Of a DNA stretch of 64,000 bases, positions 38,566-48,582 are shown piece by piece. Within the stretch, counting starts at the first letter, position 1, and the number at the start of each line of letters is the position of its first letter. Position numbers and translations under genes: made by a program. The notes beneath the pieces are model-generated. The model did no database searches, had not been told where the DNA came from, and was given only the letters and a program-made list of their open reading frames with translations. Source of the DNA: Entomortierella parvispora E1425. Its lineage: Eukaryota; Fungi; Mortierellomycota. The stretch is from NCBI GenBank assembly GCA_020891255.1, contig BQFW01000011.1:1798001-1862000 (forward strand). The letters run 5' to 3'.

Positions 38566-41067
38566 CTAGAAGTTGCCTTTGGACTTCTTGGAAGCCATGG
38601 ATAATTCTTGGCTGGACTTGATCCTTTTTGTTGGGACCTTCCCCTTGGGCGGTAAAACTATCGGGTCTTTTACGATCTGCAGGCCCGTCATTTCTTCAAT
38701 TACTTTTTTTCATCTGTGCCTCGGCTTTTTTCATCGCTTTAGCGTAAATAGCTGCCAGCTTTGGATGGTCTGCTCCCATTCGCACCAACTCCTTTGAATT
38801 GCCCTGCAACTCAGCAAAGCGGCTTCGCCGAGCCTGCTCTCTTCGTTCTACAGCGGGGATAGCACCGTACTCGGGGAATAGCTTCGAAGCAGATTCCATA
38901 TACGTCAAGCATGGAGTCCGAACGCGCTTTTCGGACAGAGAAGGATGTCGGGGACCTAGGAAGGCAAGGTCGGGTCCTCTTGTAACCGGAGAAACAGACA
39001 AGAAGGGCCGAGACGAAAGATTGAGGTTCTCGGTGTCTTGCCAGCGCTCTTGGAACCACCGCATGGGCACCAGTTGGATATGGTATCTAAAGGCATGATC
39101 TCTCCGCATCATGTAGAAAAAGTGTTTGCACACAATCCCCACATTCTGCAACTTGAGACATGTGCACAGATATCCTCCATCCCTGAAGAGAAGAACCCAC
39201 GATGCGTCGTTTTCTTCGAGATGAGAAACAAGGTGGATACTCTCAATCTCCGAGTCGCTCAGTTCACTTAGCAAGGCCCCCAATGTCGACAGGCGAACTT
39301 CTTGTCGAGTAGATAGACGTATCTGCCCCTCGTCCTCTGGGTCCCTAAAATATCGTCGCAACTTGGTCAGCCATTACAAAAAAAAAAAAAAGGTTAGATG
39401 GATTATAGTTGACAGGCGACCGTTCCCCAGCATTTACTCTACTTACTTCATCGTGCTCATGGAGTTCTGCTTCATAAGAAAAAGAAGAGGAGATTTCCTC
39501 TTTCATCTTGTTTTGACCGAATCGTCCTAGGAATCGCTCGTTTTCCGATATGACGGCTTGAAAGGTATCATATCCCTTATACCTCTCCTTGACACCGTCT
39601 TTGGAGTCGTCGAGGAAAGCGAGGTACCTATTTTGGATGCTCTCATCCGCGATCTTCTTTTGAATGACTTGGAAGAGTTCATCCAAGCCTGTGTTGCCGT
39701 TCGCCTTGAGTTTGATCAGATGGTGTGCTTTCTCAACTCGCTGTGAAGCCTGTATCCCAAGCGTGAGGAGTGTCCCCACCATGGCTTAGCCCAATAAGGG
39801 CTTCGACTGTAGATATACTGTAGCCTCTTGTCAAGTGGACTCCCGGGGACCAAATCAGGGAATGCAAAGTCCAGAGTTCTCTGCCACTCTTCTTCAAAAT
39901 TTCGCCGAGTTATAGTTCGCTGAGCAATCCAGAATCCGTTTTTGAACTTTTCGTACTCTTCCTTTCCGACCTGGCAGGAGATGTTCGAAAGATTCTTCGA
40001 AAAAGTGCCACAGACAGTTTACCATGTGAGTATTGGGGGACAACTTAATGAGCGCCGACTCAAATGCCTTGTCATCGTCGCTAACGACCACATGCGGATG
40101 CCGATTGCCGTTCGCCTTGAATAAATGGTAAAGAACAAATAAAAAATCTGATCTTGTCTCCTTGCTAAGAAGGGCGCATGCCACAACTCTGGTTGCACCC
40201 TCAGCATCGACAATCGTGGTGACGTTGAGGTGCATTTTGAAGCGGTTGGTGTTGTATGTTGTGTCGTTCATCACTACATCATGGTATCGTGAATAGAGAT
40301 CCCTTTGGAGTGGATCCATCCAAAAGACGCGTCTGATGACCGAATTGTTGTCCGTCTGAACTTTAGCATACCATCGCTCATCCTTCTTGCGGAAACCCGT
40401 CAACATTGCTACCAGACGCTGGGCGTTGTTCGCGCCGTGAGAGCCGGTAGTTCGTCTTGCCATTGCGTTCGACACTCTTCTCCCAGAGAAGTACCGCTCG
40501 GGGTTTCGCCTCTTGAGAACTTCCCTGATAACAGGCATGCTCGCCCCTGCTGCTGAAAGTTCTTGAGCACATTCCCTCATGGGTGTTGTTAACCTCTGTC
40601 TCGAGGGACTAAATATCTCGGCGTGAGCTATCATCTTGTGGTTGTGAGCCGCAGTGTCGTTCTTCCGATAAACGGTACAGTCCTTCCCGTCCTTGCTTGC
40701 TGCACGGAGTTGAATGTACCATTTGCAGTCGCAGCGAATCGAGGTCTTATTTCTTTCCAACTCAGGTACAGAGGTCTTCTTAGGACTATGCTTCCTCCCT
40801 TTTGTACATTCTAGAACCTCTGTAAAAAAGGGACTGCGTTAGTCGTTCGGCCTTGCCTCGCACACGCCAGCATTGCAAGGAAACGTACTCATCCACTCGC
40901 GTGATAGCTTTTTGCTTGAGGCGATTCGAATATCAAATCCACACGAAAGGGACCACTGTCGAACGGCATTTATGGCATCCGAGAAAGAATTGAAGATTTG
41001 AGAGTCCAGTTCCTCGGGCAAAGGAGTGTGTGGATTCTAGAAATGGCAGAACAACATCAGACACAGC

Positions 41068-41098
<31 letters not shown>

Positions 41099-42930
41099 GT
41101 GCAACGAACCTTCTCGATAGGAACGAAAACCCTTTCATGTTCTGTATCCTGGAAATTCTTGGAGTCCTGGTGGTCCTCACAATCAGATTCTTCTTCATAC
41201 CAGGGTTCGCGCTCATCTTCACGAGCATCAGCCTCCCCTCCACACGGGCTTTCATAGTTGGAATAGAGATTGCCCTCAAGATCCCGATCGTCGTAATCAT
41301 GGTCGTTGTCATCAAGGTCGTCATCATAATCCTCCGATGGACAATGAAAGCGATTATCGCTGAGGAGATATCGGTCGTAGTAGATATAAAGGTCTTCCCC
41401 ATCCTGAGCATCAAGGATGTCAGGGGTTCCCTCTCTTTTCTCCTTCTCCTTCTCTTCAATAACAGGGATGTCATGATCCCCGCCCTTCCCTTGAACAACC
41501 GGGATATCGGAAGCGATATTGACAACTCTGTCGGCAACTCTTTCATCGCGCCTTTTTATGGCGGTATTGTGAGTCACCTGAGTTATTCCGTGAGATTTTC
41601 TGATGATAAAAGGTGACTGTTGAGACTGGTCTGGAGGGGTGGGGTCCTCGATAAACAAGGAAGACACGCCCTGCAAGGACAATTGGACAGTATGTAAGTA
41701 ATTGGACTCAGTAGAAAGTGATCAACGGCAACATATACGTACTTTGTTCGTCCAGTCTTGTCCGGTCAGAACATACATATACCACAGCCGATGGTTCTTG
41801 CTAGTGGCCACCGTCCAGGCTTTTATGAGATGAAATGGCCGGCACTCGCTCTCAATAACATTAAGAGCAATGACACCACAGGAGCCTCCATCGATGCCTT
41901 GTTGGGGTACCTCCAATTCATGGACTTTCTTGAATGCCGTATATTCTGGCACCATGCAATGTTTCAACATCCTGGCAATGGTGCGACCAACCTCCTCACC
42001 TAATTTATCCGATTGTCCCCCATCCAGCGAGTGGCCGAAGGACGTTCGTTTGGCGGCAAAGTCGATGACCACAGGAGCCCAATGGCGTCCAATGTTGACA
42101 ATCGCAAATGCCTTCCTTTCGGCAATGGCGCAATGAAGGATGGCGGTCTTGATGTAGTCCCACTGCTTCTTTTGTTGCTCCCGCTCATGGACATTCAGAT
42201 TAATACGAAGGGCTGTCGAAGGAACGAAGATATCATCGCCGCTGGTTTGAGCTGCAAACTCTTTCATAACCGCGTCAATGACTTGTCCCGACAGCCACTC
42301 TTCGTGCCTAAGCTGGAGGAGGTCGGTGATACTGGTGACGGTACCATTGTAAGCCTTAAAGCCGTGTCTAAGGATAAAAACGGCCAGATTAGATGTGTTA
42401 AAAACAAACTGCCATGGCCAGGGATTATGGATGTACAGTATAACTCACCCCAAAATGTTGGGACTCTGAAGAAGAATGGACCTCATTTTCCGAACGACTT
42501 CCGCTCCGATCTTAACAGGGCCATTTAACCAAGTCAACATATCACGAAGCAAAGCTGACATATCCATTAGGTCATGGATTTGCTTCATGGCCTGAAGGGC
42601 GGGAAAGGAGACGAATCCCACCTTGCCAATAAGTACGACACCCGGTCGAGAATCGTTACTAATCAGTTCTATCGCGGCCGCGACTGATGCTGGGTGAGGG
42701 ATCGGCCTGTTGATACTCAGGTCAGATAGTGTCACTTGAAGCTCGTCGAAGTAGGTCGCAAGTCGCTCTTCGTTGGTGAAGAACGTGGGAGTGACTTTCG
42801 TAAGGACAGGTGGGAACTCCATATGGATTAACTCCCAGCCCGTGAGATGTCTCTGCCACCAGAATTCAAGAAGATCCGCGTCGTCGAGAAGCTCGAGCGA
42901 GCCGTTAACATGGCTTTCAGGGAGCGACAT
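38566..42930 (-). pseudogene. Spliced Ulp1-like protease / FAR1 / MULE transposase / SWIM fusion gene with three frameshifts; exons 42930-42449, 42367-41743, 41670-41110, 41036-40889, 40819-39447, 39361-38566
   Basis: Ulp1: LRHEEWLSGQVID, HWAPVVIDF, PQQGIDGGSCGVIAL. FAR1: FNSFSDAINAVRQW..GFDIRI...CTKG...RCDCKW...HNH. MULE: VMNDTTYNTN, VSDDDKAF, CLWH, QRVEKAH. SWIM: CTCLKLQNVGIVCKH. All five introns are GT-AG and in phase. Frameshifts at ~40000, ~39780 and ~38705. Confidence 0.85.
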
Positions 42931-43390
42931 GAGGTGAGGTTTCCAAGCAAAAGGGTATTTGGTGGTTAAGGGAGATAAGAGGTGGTGGTGGAGGTTCAGT
43001 TGGCCGCAAGGCCTTTTAGTGCCTTAAACGCGTAACGGCTGCCACAAAAAAAAACGTCAAGTACTGATTTTTGGCCGATTCTCACGGTGCTCACAAGAAA
43101 TTACCCCTGAGCCCCTGAACCTTCTTCTCGTTTTTGAGTCGAAGGTGCCTACTTTCGCACTTCACTCTTGAATTTATTTCTCGTGTTCAAGTTCTTGCCC
43201 AAAAAGAAACATTCCGCTGAGCAATAAATACGGCACATACTTTCGTCTTTTCTACTACTATTATCTGCACCTGCCTTACTTAGTTACAATCAACCCCATT
43301 ACTGTGAATCTTCAGGTGAGTTAAGTACACCTCTTGTCCGTGGAACTCACTCTCAATTGCTCTAACTTCCTTTTTTTTATTGGACAGTAG

Positions 43391-44431
43391 ATGGACGAGG
43401 ATCACCCTTTCTTTGCCGAGCTTAGCCGCCATGTTGCATTGGCCTACGACCTCCCTTTTGATGCTCCCTGGTTAGCTCTCTGCCCTGAAAAGACGTATCG
43501 GTTCACTTGGACTGAGCTCCTCCAGGTTGCCAATGCCTTGGCTCTTCCAATAACCTTAAAGTTGTCAAATGGAGCGATCGTTCCAAGACTGCAGGCGCTA
43601 TGCATGCTTTGCTTTCGATTGAGTTATCCTCATCTTATCAAGGATATGGCCGCTCTCTTTTCTCGTGATTCTCCTTTTGTGTCGCACGCAATCAAGACCA
43701 TTAACGAGTACATCCTTTCCGAATGGAAGCATCTTTTGGAGTTTGACCACACCCGCCTACGAGATGAATATCTGGAGGGTTTAGCAGCGCGAGTTCAGTT
43801 TATGAAAGGGAGGCTGACAAACTGCTGGGGATTTGTTTCCTGGACTCATATTGAGATCTGCCGACCTAAGGAAAGGCCAAACCTGACATATTCTACCCAG
43901 AAACAGATGCACTCAATGAAATATCAGTCGGTTTGCTGTCCAGATGGTATAATTGCCCATTTGAGCGGTCCTCATCCGGGAGCAGAAGCTGACACGGTCA
44001 CTTTGACCAAGTCTTGTCTTCCAATCATTTTGAATGCCCACTGTCATAACACTCTTGGCGCTCCGATGGTCATTTATGGTGATGGGAATTATCCTGATTG
44101 CTTTCAAGTTTGTCGTCCATATCGCGGTCCAGTCCTCAGCAAGTCCGAGATCCGCTTCAACTTATCCATGAGACGTCCCCTTCTTTGTGCTGACAAAGGA
44201 TTTGACTTCATTGACAATAACTGGAGCTGGTTGGCCCATAGTAACATTCTGAAAATGAGACAGACTAAGTACTACATCGTGTCTGCTCTGTTCGCCAATA
44301 TTCTCACTTGCATTCGTAGAGGGAACAGCGTCACCTCGTATTTCGGGATGGATCCGCCAACTCTTGAAAATTACCTTACTCCAAAACACCAGTGGATGCC
44401 AGAATCCCTTCCAAGTCAAGATTTATTGTAA
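43391..44431 (+). CDS. PIF/Harbinger-type (DDE_Tnp_4-like) transposase homologue with degenerate catalytic motif
   Basis: Intact 346-aa ORF: ALCMLCFRLSYP, NCWGFVSWT..ICRP, HSMKYQSVCCPDGIIAHLSGP, IYGDGNYP, FNLSM, GNSVTSYFGMDPPTLENYL. A 5'-UTR intron (GTGAGT 43316, CTAAC 43362, TAG 43390) precedes the ATG. Confidence 0.85.
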   Translation: MDEDHPFFAELSRHVALAYDLPFDAPWLALCPEKTYRFTWTELLQVANALALPITLKLSNGAIVPRLQALCMLCFRLSYPHLIKDMAALFSRDSPFVSHAIKTINEYILSEWKHLLEFDHTRLRDEYLEGLAARVQFMKGRLTNCWGFVSWTHIEICRPKERPNLTYSTQKQMHSMKYQSVCCPDGIIAHLSGPHPGAEADTVTLTKSCLPIILNAHCHNTLGAPMVIYGDGNYPDCFQVCRPYRGPVLSKSEIRFNLSMRRPLLCADKGFDFIDNNWSWLAHSNILKMRQTKYYIVSALFANILTCIRRGNSVTSYFGMDPPTLENYLTPKHQWMPESLPSQDLL

Positions 44432-44454
44432 TAAATTGTATCACTGCATGGTCG

Positions 44455-46075
44455 CTAGCTTTCTGGTCGCCGTGGTGCTGCGGCTGTGGCCAGAGATATA
44501 CTGGGTTGAAATGTTGTCTGAGGGCGCGCCAGCATTGGAGGCCATTGTATGGAGGTCGAGTGAGGCTGAGGCTGAGGTAGGCCAGAAGTCCTTGAGTAAG
44601 ATTTCCATACAATATCCTGTAAATCACGGATTTCATTTCTGAATGTGAGAAACGTTCCATGCATTTCTGACCTCAAATCCGACAGCACTGAAATGACAGC
44701 AACGGTATTCCTATTCAAATCGTCGATATTCCTATTCAAATCGTCGATACTCCTATTCAAATCGTCGATCTTGGATACTGTGTTCCTGCCGAGATCTTCA
44801 ATGATGGTTGTGTTGTCTGTCATGTTCCTTCTAAGTTCCTTAATTCTAGCGGTAGTCTCAATCGCTACGACCTGTCTTATTGACTGCACTTCGTCCGCTA
44901 TTCTCCTTTGCTCCTTCGCAAATCCCCGAGGCATCCGCATTGTCTTTTGTTGTTTTTGTGCTCCGAGGTGGTGTCACAGAGCGGTGTTTGGGCGAAGGTA
45001 CCATGGCTGACAACGTAGCTGGAGGGTAGAGTAGCTCTTGTTGCTGCTGATGAATGGGCAAAGCAACTCCACGATGACTTTTCGTATCGCCTGGGGCAGC
45101 TCGAACATGCGTGACGTCGGCCCTATTGGAGCTTCGTGTTTCGCTATCATATTGTTCGCCCGCTGAATGTCCATCCTCATCCTCATTCTCTTCTTCCTCG
45201 TCTTCCGGCTCATCGTCGTTGTCATCGTCTTCACTGCCGCGCGATACAGTATCATCAAATCTTAGTTTCTTGATTCTCCGTCTGCGATCCTCTGTGACAA
45301 GATTCTGTCGGGTTGCTGTTGCGGGAGATGCCACGCGCGCCCTCTCTTCCGCCGTGAGTTCCGATGTTTCCTGCTTGATCCTTAATAAAGTTCGGTCGTA
45401 ATCGCGCAAAAGACGACAGAGCTCCAACAACCGAGTTGAGAATGCGAGATCCACCCCAGTCGCGGAAGTGGCTAATTTCTCATAGGCGTTGTAGTCAGCA
45501 CAGAGTCTGCCAACAGCCGAATATAGGGCACCTGCTGTAACGCCTCTCAGACTCGGCTCGGCACGCTCTAGCTCTGTAGAAAGCTGGGTATACAATTCGC
45601 CGCCTCTCGTCAGACTCATGCCTCTCAGTTCATCCTGCGCACTAGCACAGAATTGTTGGAGTCGCTGAACAAGGAATTGGACGGCCAAGAATATCCTCCG
45701 TTGGTTTCCACCACTGGGAAGGGCTTTTAGTCCACAGTACCTCTTTGACCCAGTGGCAGGCATTTCAGTTGAGAGGTCAGCTAAATGAGGAAAAGGGTAG
45801 TTCAGTGAAATGCCAGGAGAGCAAAGGAATCTCAATTGACTCAATTAATTACCTTCCCGAATGCTGTCTTCCACTGAAAGAACCCTACCGGACTGGAGTG
45901 AATCGACATCTTCAGGATCCTCAAATATATTCCGGTAGTGCTTCAGATGGACAGTCTGTTCTCTCGAGAGCGTCGCAGAAGCAGGTTGTGGGGATGGATT
46001 TCGTTTTTGAGACATCTCGTTGTGAGTGATGGATTCGTAATAAAATGAAGCAATTGTTGTGTTGGAGGGCTGCAT
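44455..46075 (-). CDS. Putative Myb/SANT-like partner protein of the Harbinger-type module with acidic tract and C-terminal coiled coil; exons 46075(or 46015)-45853, 45780-45002, 44943-44455
   Basis: First intron has GTAATT donor and TTTAG acceptor in phase. Segment GELYTQLSTEL...VTAGALYSAVGRLCADY...ATSATGVD...LLELCRLL fits the helix pattern of Harbinger ORF2 proteins, with the usual Trp absent. Converges on the transposase-like ORF with a 23-bp gap. The second intron (58 nt, AAG acceptor) is weaker. Confidence 0.6.
44707..44769. repeat. 21-bp tandem repeat x3 encoding IDDLNR(S/N) heptads on the minus strand
   Basis: ATTCCTATTCAAATCGTCGAT x2 plus ACTCCTATTCAAATCGTCGAT. Confidence 0.9.
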
Positions 46076-47040
46076 CGCGTGGTCACGTGACTATAGTCGA
46101 AGATGCCCTGGTGGTGCAGCGGCCCCGAGCCGCCCCGTGCCTGGACCATGAGGAGGGAAAGACGGGCTAGCCGCTCCGAAGGCGCTCTCGTCGAGGTCGA
46201 GCCCTCTCTCTTTGTCGTTCGAACCTGGCGTGGTCATATTCGCAAATAGATGGTTTCTGTTTTTTTTTTTTTTGGTTCTCTTCCGGGTTTTCCTGAAGTT
46301 TTCTCGCCTGCTCGTATGGAACCAGTGTCCATGTAGCAGAAGCAGCAGCGAAGAAATAGTAGGAAAGAAGTATGTGACAAAGACAACTTTCCCCTATCTT
46401 TCTCCCATTGCACCCTTTTACACCAGGGTAGTGTTGGCTTAGAGGCAGATCCAAACAACCTTGGCTGTAGTTTTGCACCTTGTTCATCATACAAGTGTGC
46501 CTTCTGGGTCAATTGCAGATACTACGGCAGTAGTCAATGGATATGATATTAGTGAAGGACAATGGCATGGCTTTCAACAGCCTTCGCGTACTTTGAAAAT
46601 GAGAATTCGCTTCCCAAATCCCAAACGTCTAGAATGCAGTTTAGCAGTTCAAAGAAAACAAAGATGATGAGGAAGACACCTTCCCTACAAGAGATACCGT
46701 ATTGAGAATCCAAAGGTCTCTTTTTAGTGATAGACTGCATCATTTTTAGATGCTTCTTTTTGGTACTAACCGAGCTTCAACTGGCTAAAATGATGAACAA
46801 GCGAAAGAGCTGCAAATACGATGACCTTGTCAAAATCTCGCCACGCTCACATCCGTACTTGTCATGATTTTTCTTAGTTCGAGAGTGAAAACGTCTTTTC
46901 ATATTCGTCCAAAGCTGATGATCCCTTCTCTGAGGGCCTTGTAACTGGATCAGTACGCGTGTCCAGCTATTTAACATCAACCTCTTTTTGATTCCAACTT
47001 CTATCCAACTACACTTTCAACTTTTGTTCTCTAGAATATT

Positions 47041-47185
47041 TGTAGTTAAGTGGGGCTCAATTTAACTTAAATAAAGCGACCGACATATACGGGAGCAGCC
47101 GACAAATAAGGGGGAGCAGCCGACAAATAAGAGCAATGAGCCGACAAATAAGAATTGTCGGACGGGCCGACAAATAGTCTAGTCC
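47041..47185 (-). repeat. Right terminal inverted repeat
   Basis: Contains CGACAAATA at 47100, 47121, 47142 and 47168; inverted match to 37944-38081. Confidence 0.92.
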
Positions 47186-47194
47186 CTCTCCTGC
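47186..47194 (+). repeat. Right 9-bp target-site duplication CTCTCCTGC
   Basis: Identical to 37935-37943. Confidence 0.9.
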
Positions 47195-48474
47195 TGCATG
47201 GGTAGATGCATGGGCATCCCATTTTCTACCTCCGATCTGCAAAGGGGTGGATAAGGGAAGAGTAGCTACCATAGATAAAGGCAAATTAGGAGGTTGGAAT
47301 GCATCAACACACGGGAGAGGAGTCGACAGATTCAAACGGTCAACCAAGAAACAACAGCTTTTGTGTCTTTGTTGATTGTTGATTCCTGCCTCCCCAACCG
47401 CCGGAGTTCAGGAACGCGAATGGGTAGCGCCCACGATCAGACCCACATGTGCAATGTTGCGTGTAGTGGCAACAGTCAACAAAAGAGAGGAAAAGAATGG
47501 GTAACCGCTCCGACTTATCTCGTGTGAACGATTGGGTGGTGGCCAAGTCAAAAGAGAGAGAAAACAAAAATGACCGCAGCGCCGCATTCTTGGGACGGCT
47601 AGGGCCGTTGAACTAGAGTGAATAAGGAAAAACGGGCAGGGGCGTTTGGGTGCCAAGCAAAAGCAGCAGCAGCAGCAGCAGCCACGGCAGAAACCACAAA
47701 GCAAACAACAGCGACGGATCAAAAGGGCAGGGCTGGCTGAAGATGAAAAATAAAGAAGAGAAAAGAAGAAAAAATGAGAGCCTGAGGAAATGGATCGGGT
47801 TCTGCCTCTTTATCGCTTTGACACAGGGATAGAAGGAGGTTGATGAATAGAGTTAATGGATGGGGGCCAAAAGAGGAACAAATGAAAAGACGGACGGACG
47901 TCAGGGGTGCTGAGCCCGCTTCAGCGATGCTTTGTGGGTCAGGGGCAGGGGCACAGAGAAGAAAACCCGATCCTGATCAGTGGTCCGCTGCTACCCCGTC
48001 CGAACAGTCAGCAGAGAGCAGAGTGAGTGAGCATGGCAGAGGAAGGCATCTGCATTCAAGAGCGAGGATGGGGGTGAGGGAGAGTGTCAGAGAGTGAAGG
48101 AAGAGGGAGAGAGAAAGACATTGGCGTCCAGCCAAGCTCTTTGATCAGGACTCTGGAAACGGGCTGAACCCCTTGCTCTTTTTCGTCCTCTGAACCCTTT
48201 TGCCGCAGTTCAGGTACGGAAGAGTCAGAAGCAAGGGACGAGGAGAGGGTGGATGAGGAGAGGGTTGATGAGGATCAAGAGTGAACAACAGCAGCATCGA
48301 AATCGAATATCACAGAGCTGAATTATATTATTTACTATGGCAAATGAGAAGAAATATACTGTATCCCATGGTGAGTAACCATTGAGCAGTTGAATGGTGC
48401 ATGCTGGCAGGGGGGCAAGCAAGAGCAGCCGAGCTGAGATTCATCCAAATGGACCGGCCCCCTACTGCTCAGAG

Positions 48475-48481
48475 TATAAAA
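48475..48481 (+). promoter_or_regulatory. TATA box (TATAAAA) of the DPBB gene
   Basis: Consensus sequence 108 bp upstream of the ATG at 48583. Confidence 0.45.
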
Positions 48482-48582
48482 CGTTGACTCCTTCGGCAGT
48501 TCCCCCCAATTCTCACTCTCATCTTCCCGAAAGGATTCCTCTTACTACATTCCTCCATCTTAATATCGTACATAATACAGCC

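Larger units (their letters stand above)
37944..47185. mobile_element. Compound Mutator-like (MULE) DNA transposon, 9,242 bp
   Basis: Termini GGA...TCC, perfect 9-bp TSD, ~135-bp TIRs, MULE DDE transposase gene and two cargo genes inside. Confidence 0.92.

Noticed and set aside
42931-47040. Separate Harbinger TIRs and a TAA/TTA TSD around the cargo pair
   Set aside because: By-eye search found only a 7-bp chance match (CAAGGCC); a computational inverted-repeat search is still needed to exclude them fully.
37850-47310. Weak inverted similarity outside the TSD (e.g. CTCTTCCTATCCCAC vs CTCTTCCCTTATCCAC) suggesting longer TIRs or an older foldback element
   Set aside because: Matches are short, gapped, unevenly spaced and in purine/pyrimidine-biased sequence; the perfect 9-bp TSD fixes the ends at 37944 and 47185.
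47195-48400. Short ORFs and (CAG)n / GA-rich runs right of the element
   Set aside because: Low complexity with no motifs; intergenic region upstream of the DPBB gene.
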